Shown piece by piece: positions 21,134-30,978 of a stretch of 58,389 nt of DNA. The notes beneath the pieces were generated by a model. It was given only the letters and a program-made list of their open reading frames with translations, did not search any database and was not told the DNA's origin. The position numbers were made by a program, and so were the translations under genes. Source of the DNA: a bacterium (lineage in GTDB: Bacteria > Patescibacteriota > Saccharimonadia > Saccharimonadales > SZUA-47); contig JAUHXF010000004.1 of assembly GCA_030427125.1 (NCBI GenBank), positions 1-58,389 on the forward strand, in the 5' to 3' direction. The stretch's first letter is position 1, and every line of letters begins with the position of its first letter.

Positions 21134-23836
21134 TCATGAAAGTAAATGGTAGTTTCTTGCCATAAAGATACGTAGATCGTTGTCAGCTAAGTTATTATTG
21201 AAGCTTGATATGATTTTACGCTGTACTTCAGGGCTCCAGTAAATATTTAAATTATTAGTAGTTCGAGTAATGGCTGTATAAAAAATATTTTTTGATACAC
21301 GCTCTTCGCTGTCTTTAGTAACGACAATTTTTACTGACTCATATTCCAGGCCTTGTGCTTTATGAATTGTTGCAGCGTATGCAACTTGGAACGGAACCAC
21401 TGTTCTTGAGTCTTCAGCAGTGTCGTCATTATCGTTATGCTTTCGTTTTTCAATTGTCATCCGGACAGATTTTTCATCTAGGTACTCAAGGCCTGCTAGT
21501 TCGGATTGTATTTGAGATATTTTGGCTCCTATAATCTCAATCGTAAACTGGATGCTGGTTTTACTGATTGCAGCTAGATCTGATATTCTTCCTTTTAAGT
21601 TATTAAATAATATCTGACCATAAGCATCAGATTCGTTGAATACTATAGGATCTCCCTTTTTATAAACAACTCCGTTCCAAACTATTTCACTTTCACTGTT
21701 TTTTGATTGGAGTAGCCTATTAATGTTATTTACACCATAGAGCCCGTCATAATTTAAGCATAATATGATTTCTTCATCAGATAGATTTTCAAATATTGAG
21801 CTGTCTAGTCTGCGTGCATACTTCTGTCTAGAGATAATTTCTTCAGCTAGAGGACCATTTTTCCTAACCTCGTTCCATAGGGCTAATAGATTATAGTCTT
21901 CTGTCCTGAATGCACCTTCAAGTTCAAAAACAGATTTCTCTGATATGAATTTTCTTATTATGTTAAACCAGTTGCCAAACCGGATAGATTGTATTTGGTA
22001 CACGTCACCAACTAAAACAAGATATTCAAAGTCTATATTTTCCAGTATCTCTACCATGTTTTTATTGCTGATGGTACTGCACTCATCTATAAACAGTACC
22101 GAGCACTTAATCTTACCTTGATGTATAGATTTTTCAACAGTCATAAATTCTCCAGAACCATGTAGACGATTCTCTAGATTGCTAACTGCAGTTTTAGTAT
22201 TCGCTAAGTAAAGTCTATCTTTATCAACAAAGTACGAGGTGATGTGTTCAATCATTTTTGTTTTGCCAGTTCCAGCTGCTCCGTAAATTAATGCAACTTT
22301 AGAAGAGTTGAACAGTGATTTTAAGATGTCTATTTTCGCTTTGTCATCAATGCCTCTGTTTTGAAAATTTAACCATCTCTCTACGCTAGATGTGTAGTTT
22401 GTCGAGCCCGTTTTGCATAAAAGTTTAAGGTGTTTAACAATTTGTTTTACATCGTCTTCGTATCCTTTGATAAAATAATGCTTATCATATTTAAGTATTT
22501 TTCTATTTTCGTGAACACCAGGAAGTCTGCTGTTGTACTTATTGACTAAATCATTAAGATTATCGAAGTCTTTTAAGTGATCTTGTGGCGTAAAAAGAGT
22601 GTCGTTTTGCTCTGTGTTTATTAGTACTCGTTTTGCGACTAGTTCATGCTCTCTGCCTGCTGAAGGGATGGCGAGTAGCACATCGTAGATTTTTGGGTTG
22701 TGATTTTTCAGTGAAGTACAATAAGGCATTTTCTCAAAAGGGAATGTTTTTTTGCTGAGATACACACCGCTAAGGCACTCATCAGTATCATAAGGATACT
22801 GTTTTTTAATAGTTTCATTCCGCATATTCAATAAAAGATACCTCAAAACGTTATGACCAATGCGGCAGTTTAAATAATAAGCTCTAAGACTACGAACTAA
22901 GTCTATAATCGTAGATTTATAGCCTGGAATCTTTACTTTATTTACGAAATCTAAGAATTCTTGTTCGTCTAAATCAATAATTTCCACTAAAGACATTTCA
23001 AACTTACTAATATGTTCCATTATAGGTAGGTAATCTTTTTGAGCTCTGTTTGCTTTTACTTCGTAACCCAAAATTCTGCCTAAATTATTAAACTCACAGG
23101 GTCTTATATTTGTTCTCCATGACTGGATTATCTCAATTGGGACGCGAATACCGTCTACCTCAATACGAGACTTCACTAGTCGTAAATCTGTTGCATAGTT
23201 GCTGAAAACTCTTTCGTTGCAAAATGCAATTCTTCTATTAAATTTATTATCTCTATCAATTGCTGGAGAGAAGACGATTTCATAATAGACTTTCGCGTTA
23301 ATGATAAAAGGTTTAACTTTATGAATATAGTAGTTGTCTTTGCTGGGTATTGATTGATTGGAGGCCTCTTTATCTATTTTGTCTGCTATGCTCTCATAGT
23401 ACTTCTGTTGCGAATCATCAGTGTTTAGCGGAAAACTGTGTATATTTTTTAGTATTTCTAGATTGTAGTTATCGTATAAGTAGTCTCTGATTCTTATTAG
23501 GACTTCAATATATTTCAGCATTAGTCTCTCTGCGCCGTCTTCATCCAGCGTGTAGTGTGAAGTAGATGATTGGGTTTGCTTATAAAAAACACGTAAAAAT
23601 GAAAGACTTGCTTGTGAGCTGACTGTGTTCATCGCTGCTTCTATGCCCGCTGGACCCTGATACCTACTATCCGTTTCTAAATCATTTGTGTGTATCAATA
23701 GAGCCACCTGATTGATTAGATTGCGGACGTTATTAATGACATTGACGGACATGAGGCCCCTGTCAGCAGCCAGTTCATCAATGTTTCGAGATATAGCATT
23801 GTCGCATCTTCTTATCTCGTCTATTACTTTGGCCAT
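21134..23836 (-). CDS. SF1B RecD-like helicase/ATPase with long uncharacterised N-terminal region
   Basis: GAAGTGKT, FIDECST, LVGDVYQIQSI..G, AYAATIHKAQG.EY, YTAITR. Confidence 0.85.
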   Translation of the reverse strand: MAKVIDEIRRCDNAISRNIDELAADRGLMSVNVINNVRNLINQVALLIHTNDLETDSRYQGPAGIEAAMNTVSSQASLSFLRVFYKQTQSSTSHYTLDEDGAERLMLKYIEVLIRIRDYLYDNYNLEILKNIHSFPLNTDDSQQKYYESIADKIDKEASNQSIPSKDNYYIHKVKPFIINAKVYYEIVFSPAIDRDNKFNRRIAFCNERVFSNYATDLRLVKSRIEVDGIRVPIEIIQSWRTNIRPCEFNNLGRILGYEVKANRAQKDYLPIMEHISKFEMSLVEIIDLDEQEFLDFVNKVKIPGYKSTIIDLVRSLRAYYLNCRIGHNVLRYLLLNMRNETIKKQYPYDTDECLSGVYLSKKTFPFEKMPYCTSLKNHNPKIYDVLLAIPSAGREHELVAKRVLINTEQNDTLFTPQDHLKDFDNLNDLVNKYNSRLPGVHENRKILKYDKHYFIKGYEDDVKQIVKHLKLLCKTGSTNYTSSVERWLNFQNRGIDDKAKIDILKSLFNSSKVALIYGAAGTGKTKMIEHITSYFVDKDRLYLANTKTAVSNLENRLHGSGEFMTVEKSIHQGKIKCSVLFIDECSTISNKNMVEILENIDFEYLVLVGDVYQIQSIRFGNWFNIIRKFISEKSVFELEGAFRTEDYNLLALWNEVRKNGPLAEEIISRQKYARRLDSSIFENLSDEEIILCLNYDGLYGVNNINRLLQSKNSESEIVWNGVVYKKGDPIVFNESDAYGQILFNNLKGRISDLAAISKTSIQFTIEIIGAKISQIQSELAGLEYLDEKSVRMTIEKRKHNDNDDTAEDSRTVVPFQVAYAATIHKAQGLEYESVKIVVTKDSEERVSKNIFYTAITRTTNNLNIYWSPEVQRKIISSFNNNLADNDLRIFMARNYHLLS

Positions 23837-23894
23837 CTATCTATTAAGTCTTTCTAGTTTATGGCTGTAAGGTGGCGATTCATTATAGTAGCTC

Positions 23895-24590
23895 TTACTT
23901 TTTGGTTCTTAGTCGGGGTTTAGGAAATTCTATTGGTGTTTTAATGATGTCACAAAGTGATTCTGCGACATCTTCAAGTTGAAAATACATTCCCGTTTCT
24001 GCTTTCAGATCGTTGCGAAGTCTTTTTACGACTTCTTCTGAATACAAGAGTTTAGCGAGATGATTAGGCTGGAGTGCATTAGTTCTCTTCCAGAAACTCT
24101 CAAGCTCTCCTCTGCTTACGGCTTTTTTAGTTAAATTCCACAATAATTCTGGCGCTGATTTAAAATCGTCTTTATCCAGCAAATCCAATTTAAAAATCAA
24201 TGAGGTTGTAATAGGTTTTCCGAAGTTCACTCTATAAAGCTGTACCTCTCTACCGTTCAATAGCATTATCCAATCGATACCTTCGTTTGCTGCGTAGCTT
24301 AAACTCTGTCTAAGGTGCTTATCATTTAAGTCCAAATCTATAGATTTCACTTCAACTACAAAGTGTTTTTTCCGATTTAATTGAACCACGTAGTCTGCGT
24401 ATTCAGACCTAATCCTGTATTCCGTCTTAATGTCTTCAAGTTCAGTGTATCCAAGAATGTCAGTCAGAAAACTGTTAGTCATAATTCTTGTTGCTGATTC
24501 GTCTAGCTTTTGAAATTCTTTTTTTAAGTAACGCCTTTTGTACTTTTTTAAATTTTCTTTTATCTCACCAATTTGATTTTGAGTAGGCAT
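23895..24590 (-). CDS. type I restriction enzyme HsdR N-terminal-like PD-(D/E)xK nuclease domain protein (stand-alone)
   Basis: E..TR, LGY, EY....ADY, VEVK, Q...YA...GIDW..L.NG; start at MPTQNQ after AAGGAG. Confidence 0.85.
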   Translation of the reverse strand: MPTQNQIGEIKENLKKYKRRYLKKEFQKLDESATRIMTNSFLTDILGYTELEDIKTEYRIRSEYADYVVQLNRKKHFVVEVKSIDLDLNDKHLRQSLSYAANEGIDWIMLLNGREVQLYRVNFGKPITTSLIFKLDLLDKDDFKSAPELLWNLTKKAVSRGELESFWKRTNALQPNHLAKLLYSEEVVKRLRNDLKAETGMYFQLEDVAESLCDIIKTPIEFPKPRLRTKK

Positions 24591-24860
24591 AGTTCTCCTT
24601 AACAATTGTTCATTAACTACATACTACCCCTGTTCGGGGAATTTTGCCAATCTGCAGCTGTGGCCACCCTTCATACAAGCACCTTCGAGCGACCTATGAA
24701 AAATAAACTTCATAACTCTGGGGTTCGGGGCATAAAAAGCATGACGTCCGATTCTGTATGTTAGTACGAATCACAAAAAATGGTGAAAACGAGGAGGAAG
24801 CGTTAGCGCCTTTTGAGCCTTTGTGATTAGTAGCAACTTCAGAGTCGCATCGATATGCTT

Positions 24861-24926
24861 AGCCCCGACGATTCGGTACTTTGTAGCACAAAGTACGTAA
24901 GAGATTACATAATCATCTATATAATC
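24861..24926 (-). repeat. tandem palindrome copy 3 plus perfect GTACTTTGT-AGC-ACAAAGTAC hairpin (right inverted end)
   Basis: Hairpin at 24876-24896; GATTACATAATC-ATCTATATAATC at 24903-24926. Confidence 0.75.
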
Positions 24927-25051
24927 AAACAGCGATTGCCTGATTTGGTGTTTCAGACAGTATCTGAGAGATGAATATTCGCGTTGAAGTCTCGCCAACC
25001 TCAATAATGTGTGAGTTAGTTGTTTCGTTCTTGAAAATATCGTAAAAATTG

Positions 25052-25137
25052 TGGTGCAGAGAGAGGGATTCGAACCCCCGAAGGCGAATGCCAGCAGATT
25101 TACAGTCTGCCGTGTTTGACCGCTTCACTATCTCTGC
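25052..25137 (-). tRNA. tRNA-Tyr (GTA)
   Basis: GCAGAGA/TCTCTGC acceptor stem, A73-CCA, GCAGA-CTGTAAA-TCTGC anticodon arm, long variable arm, GGTTCGAATCC. Confidence 0.97.
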
Positions 25138-25204
25138 AATTGAAGGTAGTATACCGTAACGGTATCAGTTTGCAAAATACAGGGATAACGGATATAATAA
25201 GTTT

Positions 25205-25618
25205 ATGTTAGATAGAGGTACTTTCCCTGACAGAGATCCTTCAGTCCTAGTTGAAGCAATGCAAGAAGATCAAGCTCGACGTATTTTCGATTCTGGAGTA
25301 TTGGGCCGCATGGCAACTGCTAGCCCAAATTTTGATGAAGCATTAAAGAAAGAAGGCTTTCCAATTGTCTTGTCTTCTGAAACAGATAATCTCAGGTTTA
25401 TATTCTTAGCTATAAGGTCTAAAGACCCAAATGGGGATACTAGATCTCAATTCTTCCAAGTAGGGCAGCTACTCAAGGGTCAAGTAGCAATACCAAATGA
25501 AGCACTCGGTGTGGCAGATGAAGATCTGTCGTTGTTTGGGGAGTTGTTAGCTGAAGCTGAGAGTTTAAGATCAACTGCTGCTCCAGGTTACAGCACCGAA
25601 TACGGGATTCTACTATAA
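25205..25618 (+). CDS. hypothetical protein
   Basis: 137-aa ORF, TATAAT 6 nt before ATG, co-oriented with tyrA (14-nt gap). Confidence 0.7.
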   Translation: MLDRGTFPDRDPSVLVEAMQEDQARRIFDSGVLGRMATASPNFDEALKKEGFPIVLSSETDNLRFIFLAIRSKDPNGDTRSQFFQVGQLLKGQVAIPNEALGVADEDLSLFGELLAEAESLRSTAAPGYSTEYGILL

Positions 25619-25632
25619 ATGAGTGAATTAAC

Positions 25633-26514
25633 ATGACCGGCGAACACACAGTTGGAATTATTGGACTTGGACTAATCGGAGGGTCAATCGCAAAGGATCT
25701 GAAAGAATTAGATAATCCACCAAATGTTGTAGCTTACGACCCTAGAGAAAAAACTATTGAAGCAGCGGTTAAAAGTGGCCACATAACAGAAGGACTTCCA
25801 GTAAGTGAAATAGCTAGGGTAGCTACTACTACGGTTATTGCAGCGCCGATAGACAGAGTTGCATCATTAGGGCTTGAGATAAGAGATTCGTTATTGGCAG
25901 GTGCGGATGATACCGATGAAGGCAGAATTGTATTAGACGTGGCTAGTGTAAAAAAACCAATAAGTAACGTTTTTTCTGTACTTACTACTTCGTCAGTGGA
26001 ATTTGTGGCTACTCATCCAATGGCTGGAACAGAATTTAGCGGATTTAGCCATGCACGTAAAGGACTATTTAGGGCCAAACCTTGGGTAATCTGTCCTCAT
26101 GAAAATAACTCTGAGGGCGCAATAGAAAGCGCGGAAGCATTTATTGAGCAGTTCGGCCCGCATATAAGAGTTATGGAAGCAGATGTGCATGATAGACATG
26201 CAGCTGCGGTATCACATAGTGTAATTACCCTATCCAATTTACTATTTGATTTCATAAATGAGAGACATCCCGAAGCACTAGACCTAGCAGGAGATGGCTT
26301 CAACAGTACTACTAGGCTTGCCAGTGGTAACCCGGAAATGCACGCTAGCATTGTTCGTGCGAACAAAGGTTTCGTGTACCAATACCTAGACGAATTTTTA
26401 GAATATATAGGTAGACGTATAGATGATTTACGAGATGGAAAAGATATACTGCCTTTTTTCGAAGGAAATGCTTCAAAACGAGACGAGTGGTTGAGAAATC
26501 GAAAGAATCTATAG
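25633..26514 (+). CDS. tyrA: prephenate/arogenate dehydrogenase (TyrA family)
   Basis: IIGLGLIGGS, DVASVK, HPMAGTE.SG, HD...A.VSH, TRLA. Confidence 0.92.
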   Translation: MTGEHTVGIIGLGLIGGSIAKDLKELDNPPNVVAYDPREKTIEAAVKSGHITEGLPVSEIARVATTTVIAAPIDRVASLGLEIRDSLLAGADDTDEGRIVLDVASVKKPISNVFSVLTTSSVEFVATHPMAGTEFSGFSHARKGLFRAKPWVICPHENNSEGAIESAEAFIEQFGPHIRVMEADVHDRHAAAVSHSVITLSNLLFDFINERHPEALDLAGDGFNSTTRLASGNPEMHASIVRANKGFVYQYLDEFLEYIGRRIDDLRDGKDILPFFEGNASKRDEWLRNRKNL

Positions 26515-26522
26515 CTGTAGTA

Positions 26523-27782
26523 CTAGTTTTCTTCTGGTATTTGTAGGCTGTAAAATCTTCTTTTACCGACCTGCAGCTTCGCACCAGCTAAATCCACAAC
26601 CTCGTGTTCTTCTTCTGAAATTTTTTCGCCATTAACTCTAACGCCACCCTGCTTTATCAGTCGTCTGGCCTCTGATTTAGATTTTGCAGCACCAATCTCT
26701 ACTAGCAAGTCTACGACTCCTTGGCTGGTTCCGCTCACATCCGCAGTTTCAAAGGCTTTTTCAGCCTCCTTGTTACTTCTGAATTGCTTATTAAAGTAAT
26801 CTTGGGCTTCTTGAGCTGCTTCCTCGTCATGGTACAGCTCTGTTATATTTGCTGCTAAATCCATTTTTACTTCCATGGGGTTTGCCGTGCCGTCCTGCAA
26901 ACCTTCTAGTCGTTCTTCAATTTCTGCCGTTGTGAAGTTGGATGCAAGTCTTAAGTATTCCTCTAAAAGCAAATCAGGAATAGACATAACTTTACCAAAC
27001 ATGTCTCGAGGTTGGTCAGTTAAACCGATGTAATTCCCTAGGGTTTTACTCATTTTCTTCGTACCGTCCAAGCCTCTGAGTAGAGGCATCAGCACCAATG
27101 CTTCCGGGCCTTCTTCTGAGTGCTGTTGTAGAGTTCTAGCTGCTTGAAAGGCATAAAGTTGATCTACACCACCAACTTCGATGTCGGCTTTTACTTCTAC
27201 AGAATCCGTGCCTTGAAGGTAAGGGTAAATGATCTCGTGCAAGCCAATAGGTGATTGGTCATCTAGTCTTTTTCTGAAGTCATCCCTTGAGATAGTTTGC
27301 GCTAAAGAGCCTTGAGCTAAAACCTTAATTAAGTCTGAAACCGACATCCTGTCCAACCATTCTGAGTTACGATGCACCTCTATAGCCGAAGTGTCCAAGA
27401 TTTTACCTAATTGGCCAAGGTATGTTCTCGCGTTTTCTTCCAAGACTTCTGCTTCGACTGTTGGTCTGCTTTTGTTTCTACCCGAAGGATCACCTATTCT
27501 TCCAGTGAAATCACCAATAATTACAACTGGTAGGTGGCCGAGTCTTTGGAACCTTCTTAGTTGCATCATCGAAACAGCGTGACCTAAATGCAGATCAGGA
27601 CTTGTTGGATCAAAACCCATCTTCACCCTAAGCTGTCTACCTTCTTCTTCTGCAACTCGAACCTTCTGCTCAATACCATTCTCTGGAATTAAAATCTGAG
27701 CATTGGTAGTAATTTCCTGAAGCAATGTCTGTCTTGTTTCTGGGTCTATTGGCTCTGGTTGTTTTGGCATGCCTTCTATCAT
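26523..27782 (-). CDS. tyrS: tyrosine--tRNA ligase
   Basis: GFDPTSPDLHLGH, IGDPSG, YP.LQG.D, GG.DQ, KMSKT, C-terminal S4 domain. Confidence 0.97.
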   Translation of the reverse strand: MIEGMPKQPEPIDPETRQTLLQEITTNAQILIPENGIEQKVRVAEEEGRQLRVKMGFDPTSPDLHLGHAVSMMQLRRFQRLGHLPVVIIGDFTGRIGDPSGRNKSRPTVEAEVLEENARTYLGQLGKILDTSAIEVHRNSEWLDRMSVSDLIKVLAQGSLAQTISRDDFRKRLDDQSPIGLHEIIYPYLQGTDSVEVKADIEVGGVDQLYAFQAARTLQQHSEEGPEALVLMPLLRGLDGTKKMSKTLGNYIGLTDQPRDMFGKVMSIPDLLLEEYLRLASNFTTAEIEERLEGLQDGTANPMEVKMDLAANITELYHDEEAAQEAQDYFNKQFRSNKEAEKAFETADVSGTSQGVVDLLVEIGAAKSKSEARRLIKQGGVRVNGEKISEEEHEVVDLAGAKLQVGKRRFYSLQIPEEN

Positions 27783-27799
27783 ATAACAAAAATCGCTTC

Positions 27800-28747
27800 T
27801 TAACTATCTGCCAAACATCTATCAACTATATGCTGTAGCTTACTCTCAAAGGTTACTCCGTCTCTACCTATCTTACCTAGATTTCCGTATATTCCTTCGT
27901 AAAGTCTAACAATGTTCTGCAAGTGCTTCTTAGCTCCACCCAAATTTGGATCGCTTTGTTGCGCTAACAATTCCTCTACGTCCATACCAGGTCTAAGTAC
28001 AAGTCTTTGTTCGCCATCAATAGATATGTAAGGAGAAGCTTTAGGTCTGCTGGTATCAAAAGTACGTCCTGGTTTAGTGTATACAAATGACATTTGTCCT
28101 GGGTGGAATCTTAGGTATTCTCTGTCGAACCTGCGCTCATCAAATCCCATATCAGTTTCAGATGCCTGTATGATCCAGCCAAGCTTAAGTCTTACATCTT
28201 CACGGCTTCGATACCATTCCATGTCCGCCATTTCACGACGCACATACTCATGCTCATCGGAACTATCAAATGTAGAAACTAGTTCTTGATAGTCGTCGCC
28301 AGTATCAAAACTTGAGGCCCTAACAAACTCAAATGCATCTAGTCCTAGGTTTCTCTTAATTAACTCTAGAGTAGATATTGTGTCGTCTGCAATAGCGTCA
28401 ACTTGCTCATCATCAATCCAGTCATTAGTTTTTGCATGGGTGTCTGCAATATGGTGATAGACTTTATCGAATTCTCCTGCCACTCGTAACTTTTCTGCAG
28501 TTAACATCATTCCAAGGACATCAAAAGGCAGACCAACGGATATTGCATTTGGCGTCGTTAACCCGGTGCCGTAATATATACTACCACCTTCTTCTTCCAG
28601 AGTATCCTTATCGAGTGCGCCAATACTAGGTTCGGCTTCGATAAGCGCTTCATTGCGGATTATTTTTATAAGTCTGTCGTATCTATCTTGAACTGCTGGC
28701 ATTTCACTTCCTGTGTGTATTTCTTGTGGTGTATCTCTTTCAATCAT
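27800..28747 (-). CDS. class Ic aminoacyl-tRNA synthetase-like / CDPS-like Rossmann protein lacking HIGH and KMSKS
   Basis: IYYGTGLTTPN (strand 1), HHIADTHAKTN (cf. archaeal TyrRS LLADLHAYLN), FVRASSF, EYVRRE, E..FD; GLPF where HIGH is expected. Confidence 0.5.
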   Translation of the reverse strand: MIERDTPQEIHTGSEMPAVQDRYDRLIKIIRNEALIEAEPSIGALDKDTLEEEGGSIYYGTGLTTPNAISVGLPFDVLGMMLTAEKLRVAGEFDKVYHHIADTHAKTNDWIDDEQVDAIADDTISTLELIKRNLGLDAFEFVRASSFDTGDDYQELVSTFDSSDEHEYVRREMADMEWYRSREDVRLKLGWIIQASETDMGFDERRFDREYLRFHPGQMSFVYTKPGRTFDTSRPKASPYISIDGEQRLVLRPGMDVEELLAQQSDPNLGGAKKHLQNIVRLYEGIYGNLGKIGRDGVTFESKLQHIVDRCLADS

Positions 28748-28767
28748 ATTCTATCCTTTTTTCGTCG

Positions 28768-29814
28768 TTATTCCATAGGAAAAACTTCATTCATTTCAGC
28801 TTCACTATATACGTTTGTGATGTAGCCCACATCATCCCACGATTCAAATGTTTTAATTGGTCCGTATTTTGCAACATAATCAGGATCAACATTGCCGTCT
28901 ATATCCAATGACGCTAAATTGTCGCCGTGGCTAACATGCCAGTCCTCGCCTACATATAGGGTTAGCCCGCTAAGGCCAGCAGCTACCTGAAAAATCTGTC
29001 TGTTTTTCCATTGCTCTGCAGTAACATACGGTGTTCGAGGGAATACTAATGCCCCACCGTCAGGATAGTTATGGCCAAAAGTAAGTGAATTTCCATCGGG
29101 GCCTACAAGTGTTGCATCTACTGCCGCTCCACCCTTGTGAGAAGCAAGCCTTGCTATAGCTGCGGTTTTGCTTTTTGCCTCCTGAACAACCCTTTCATCA
29201 CTCCAGTCTGGGTGGTCTTGACGTGTCCAGCCTACTCTTCTCTTGAATAAACCTTCTTGTACTCCAAGAGGCCTGAATGCGTCCTCAAAATGCAGACTTA
29301 TGTCCACACTATTTAGTAATTTGCCAAAAACAGCTAATCTCTCAGTGAAATCCTCTCTAGCCCAGAATAATCTTTCCCGTCCAGCCCAGAAACCACATGC
29401 TTCGTGAAAAGGTTTCGAACTAAATGAAGCACTTGTACCATATCGATCAAAAAAAGTCGGAATATGTCTAAGTTTCTCGTAGCTCTCGGTAATTGGTACT
29501 TCTAGCAATCGCTCTTGCACAGCTGTGCTGAAGTTTGCAACTGCGTCAGTCTCACCTTCATTGATTTCTTTTTTTTGATTGTCAGTTAAAGGTTCCGACA
29601 GCACTACTTCAGGCAAAAACAAAACCGCTCGAGATTCAGGCATGTCGATACCAAGTTGGTCGCACGCTTCGTCGATGTTGCTCGACATAGTGTCTACAGT
29701 CGTATTTAAATCGTCTAATACAGCACCGGGCATTTGCTCGAATGACACCCCATATTTTTCTCTTTGAAGGTCAACATTAACTTCTTCAAGATTTACGACA
29801 TTTACTCTGTTCAT
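28768..29814 (-). CDS. VanX/DdpX-like D-Ala-D-Ala dipeptidase (peptidase M15) with N-terminal extension
   Basis: DAFRP..VQ, SHKGGAAVD (SxHxxGxAxD), NR..F, EDWH; AAGGAG RBS. Confidence 0.85.
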   Translation of the reverse strand: MNRVNVVNLEEVNVDLQREKYGVSFEQMPGAVLDDLNTTVDTMSSNIDEACDQLGIDMPESRAVLFLPEVVLSEPLTDNQKKEINEGETDAVANFSTAVQERLLEVPITESYEKLRHIPTFFDRYGTSASFSSKPFHEACGFWAGRERLFWAREDFTERLAVFGKLLNSVDISLHFEDAFRPLGVQEGLFKRRVGWTRQDHPDWSDERVVQEAKSKTAAIARLASHKGGAAVDATLVGPDGNSLTFGHNYPDGGALVFPRTPYVTAEQWKNRQIFQVAAGLSGLTLYVGEDWHVSHGDNLASLDIDGNVDPDYVAKYGPIKTFESWDDVGYITNVYSEAEMNEVFPME

Positions 29815-29826
29815 AGTATCTCCTTT

Positions 29827-30978
29827 CTATACTCCCCAACCATTACCATTGGGTACGAATATCGTACCGTTGTTCGATCTTTTAAGTTGTTTGCCCTCAT
29901 CTACTAAATCGTCCGAGAGCCTCTCTTGAGCTAAAGATAAGTCTCCGGGTATATTGAAGCCTTTTACTAGACAATAGGCACCTAAATGTACAGTCATGCA
30001 GCGTCCTGGTGTCGCCTCAAGCATTCCTCCAACCATAACTTGCTTACCATTGCTTGATGCATAATCTATCAGGTCTAGTGAGCGGACAAACGAGCCAATC
30101 CTGCCCGGTTTAACATTCACAATTGATGCTAAGTCTGTGTCTAATGATTCCAGGCAGTCGTCATAGGTTTCAAGACAATCATCTAAACAAATTGCAGTTT
30201 CTAGATTTGGAAGTTTTTTTCGCATAAGTTTTATTGCTTCTAGTCCCTTTAAGGCTCCTGTTCTGGATACAGGTTCTTCCATCATGATTAAACCTAATTC
30301 GTCCAAAAGTGCAATTGAAGAAATGTCTTCTCTTGTCTCTGGATTAAAGCCGCCGTTAGCGTCTACCATTATTTCTACGCCTGGATGTGTCCTTTGAATT
30401 TCTTCTATTGCTTTAACAACTTCTTGTGTGTTCTCAGGCGAAACTTTTAGTTTAATTTTTCTAGAGCCTTGCGAGATTGAATGTTCAGCTTGTTTAAGCA
30501 TTCCTTCAGAGGTTTGGGATCCAATACTCGTGCCGAAAGGTACTTCAGTTACATCAGATGTCCCTAGATAGCTAGAAACAGACACTCCAGTAGCTTTGCA
30601 ATATGCGTCAATCAAGCTCATTTCTACTGCAAGTCTTGCGGTAGGGTATCTTCCACCATCCCGGAATTCATGTCTTTGTATGTCTTCGATAAACTGAGCA
30701 CACGAATCTTTCTTACCGGTAAACGTTGTAGCTAGCTCTCTCATGTTTGCTGAAATATTATGTCCAGAGTCATCAGTGAAATATGGTTCCGGTAATGTCG
30801 CACCTTCACCTAGTCCGTTTGCACCAACATTTCCTAGCTGAATATCCATTATGGCTACGCCTGATGGACGAGTCCGTATCTCTGCAAATGATAATTGCAT
30901 TGGCTGCCTTAAACCGATATCTGCACAGTAACCCGTGAAGTTTTGTACCTCGACTGATTTTTCTAAACCTAAAGACAT
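29827..30978 (-). CDS. enolase superfamily, OSBS / N-acylamino acid racemase-like
   Basis: G.GE, KIKLK, VDAN, EEP, CLDD, NVKPGRIG, VGGMLE, PGDLS; ATG overlaps upstream stop (TAATG). Confidence 0.88.
   Translation of the reverse strand: MSLGLEKSVEVQNFTGYCADIGLRQPMQLSFAEIRTRPSGVAIMDIQLGNVGANGLGEGATLPEPYFTDDSGHNISANMRELATTFTGKKDSCAQFIEDIQRHEFRDGGRYPTARLAVEMSLIDAYCKATGVSVSSYLGTSDVTEVPFGTSIGSQTSEGMLKQAEHSISQGSRKIKLKVSPENTQEVVKAIEEIQRTHPGVEIMVDANGGFNPETREDISSIALLDELGLIMMEEPVSRTGALKGLEAIKLMRKKLPNLETAICLDDCLETYDDCLESLDTDLASIVNVKPGRIGSFVRSLDLIDYASSNGKQVMVGGMLEATPGRCMTVHLGAYCLVKGFNIPGDLSLAQERLSDDLVDEGKQLKRSNNGTIFVPNGNGWGV

Larger units (their letters stand above)
20814..24926. mobile_element. putative AT-rich defence islet bounded by imperfect inverted repeats, downstream of tRNA-Tyr
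   Basis: Visibly AT-rich helicase and nuclease genes; ~60-bp imperfect inverted ends; no integrase or transposase seen. Confidence 0.45.

Noticed and set aside
23895-24590. Complete type I restriction-modification system
   Set aside because: Only an HsdR-N-like nuclease domain; no hsdM, hsdS or SF2 motor
24771-25128. Short ORFs 24771-25004 and 24925-25128
   Set aside because: They overlap tRNA-Tyr and the repeat; no coding features
20500-25137. Prophage or integrative element with a tRNA-Tyr 3' att duplication
   Set aside because: No second copy of the tRNA-Tyr 3' end found by eye, and no integrase or phage genes
28768-29814. Vancomycin resistance cluster
   Set aside because: No vanA/vanH/vanRS; VanX-like M15 peptidases are widespread outside resistance loci
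29827-30978. menC in a menaquinone pathway
   Set aside because: No other men genes nearby; the GNAT/peptidase context favours a racemase/epimerase role, so no symbol was assigned
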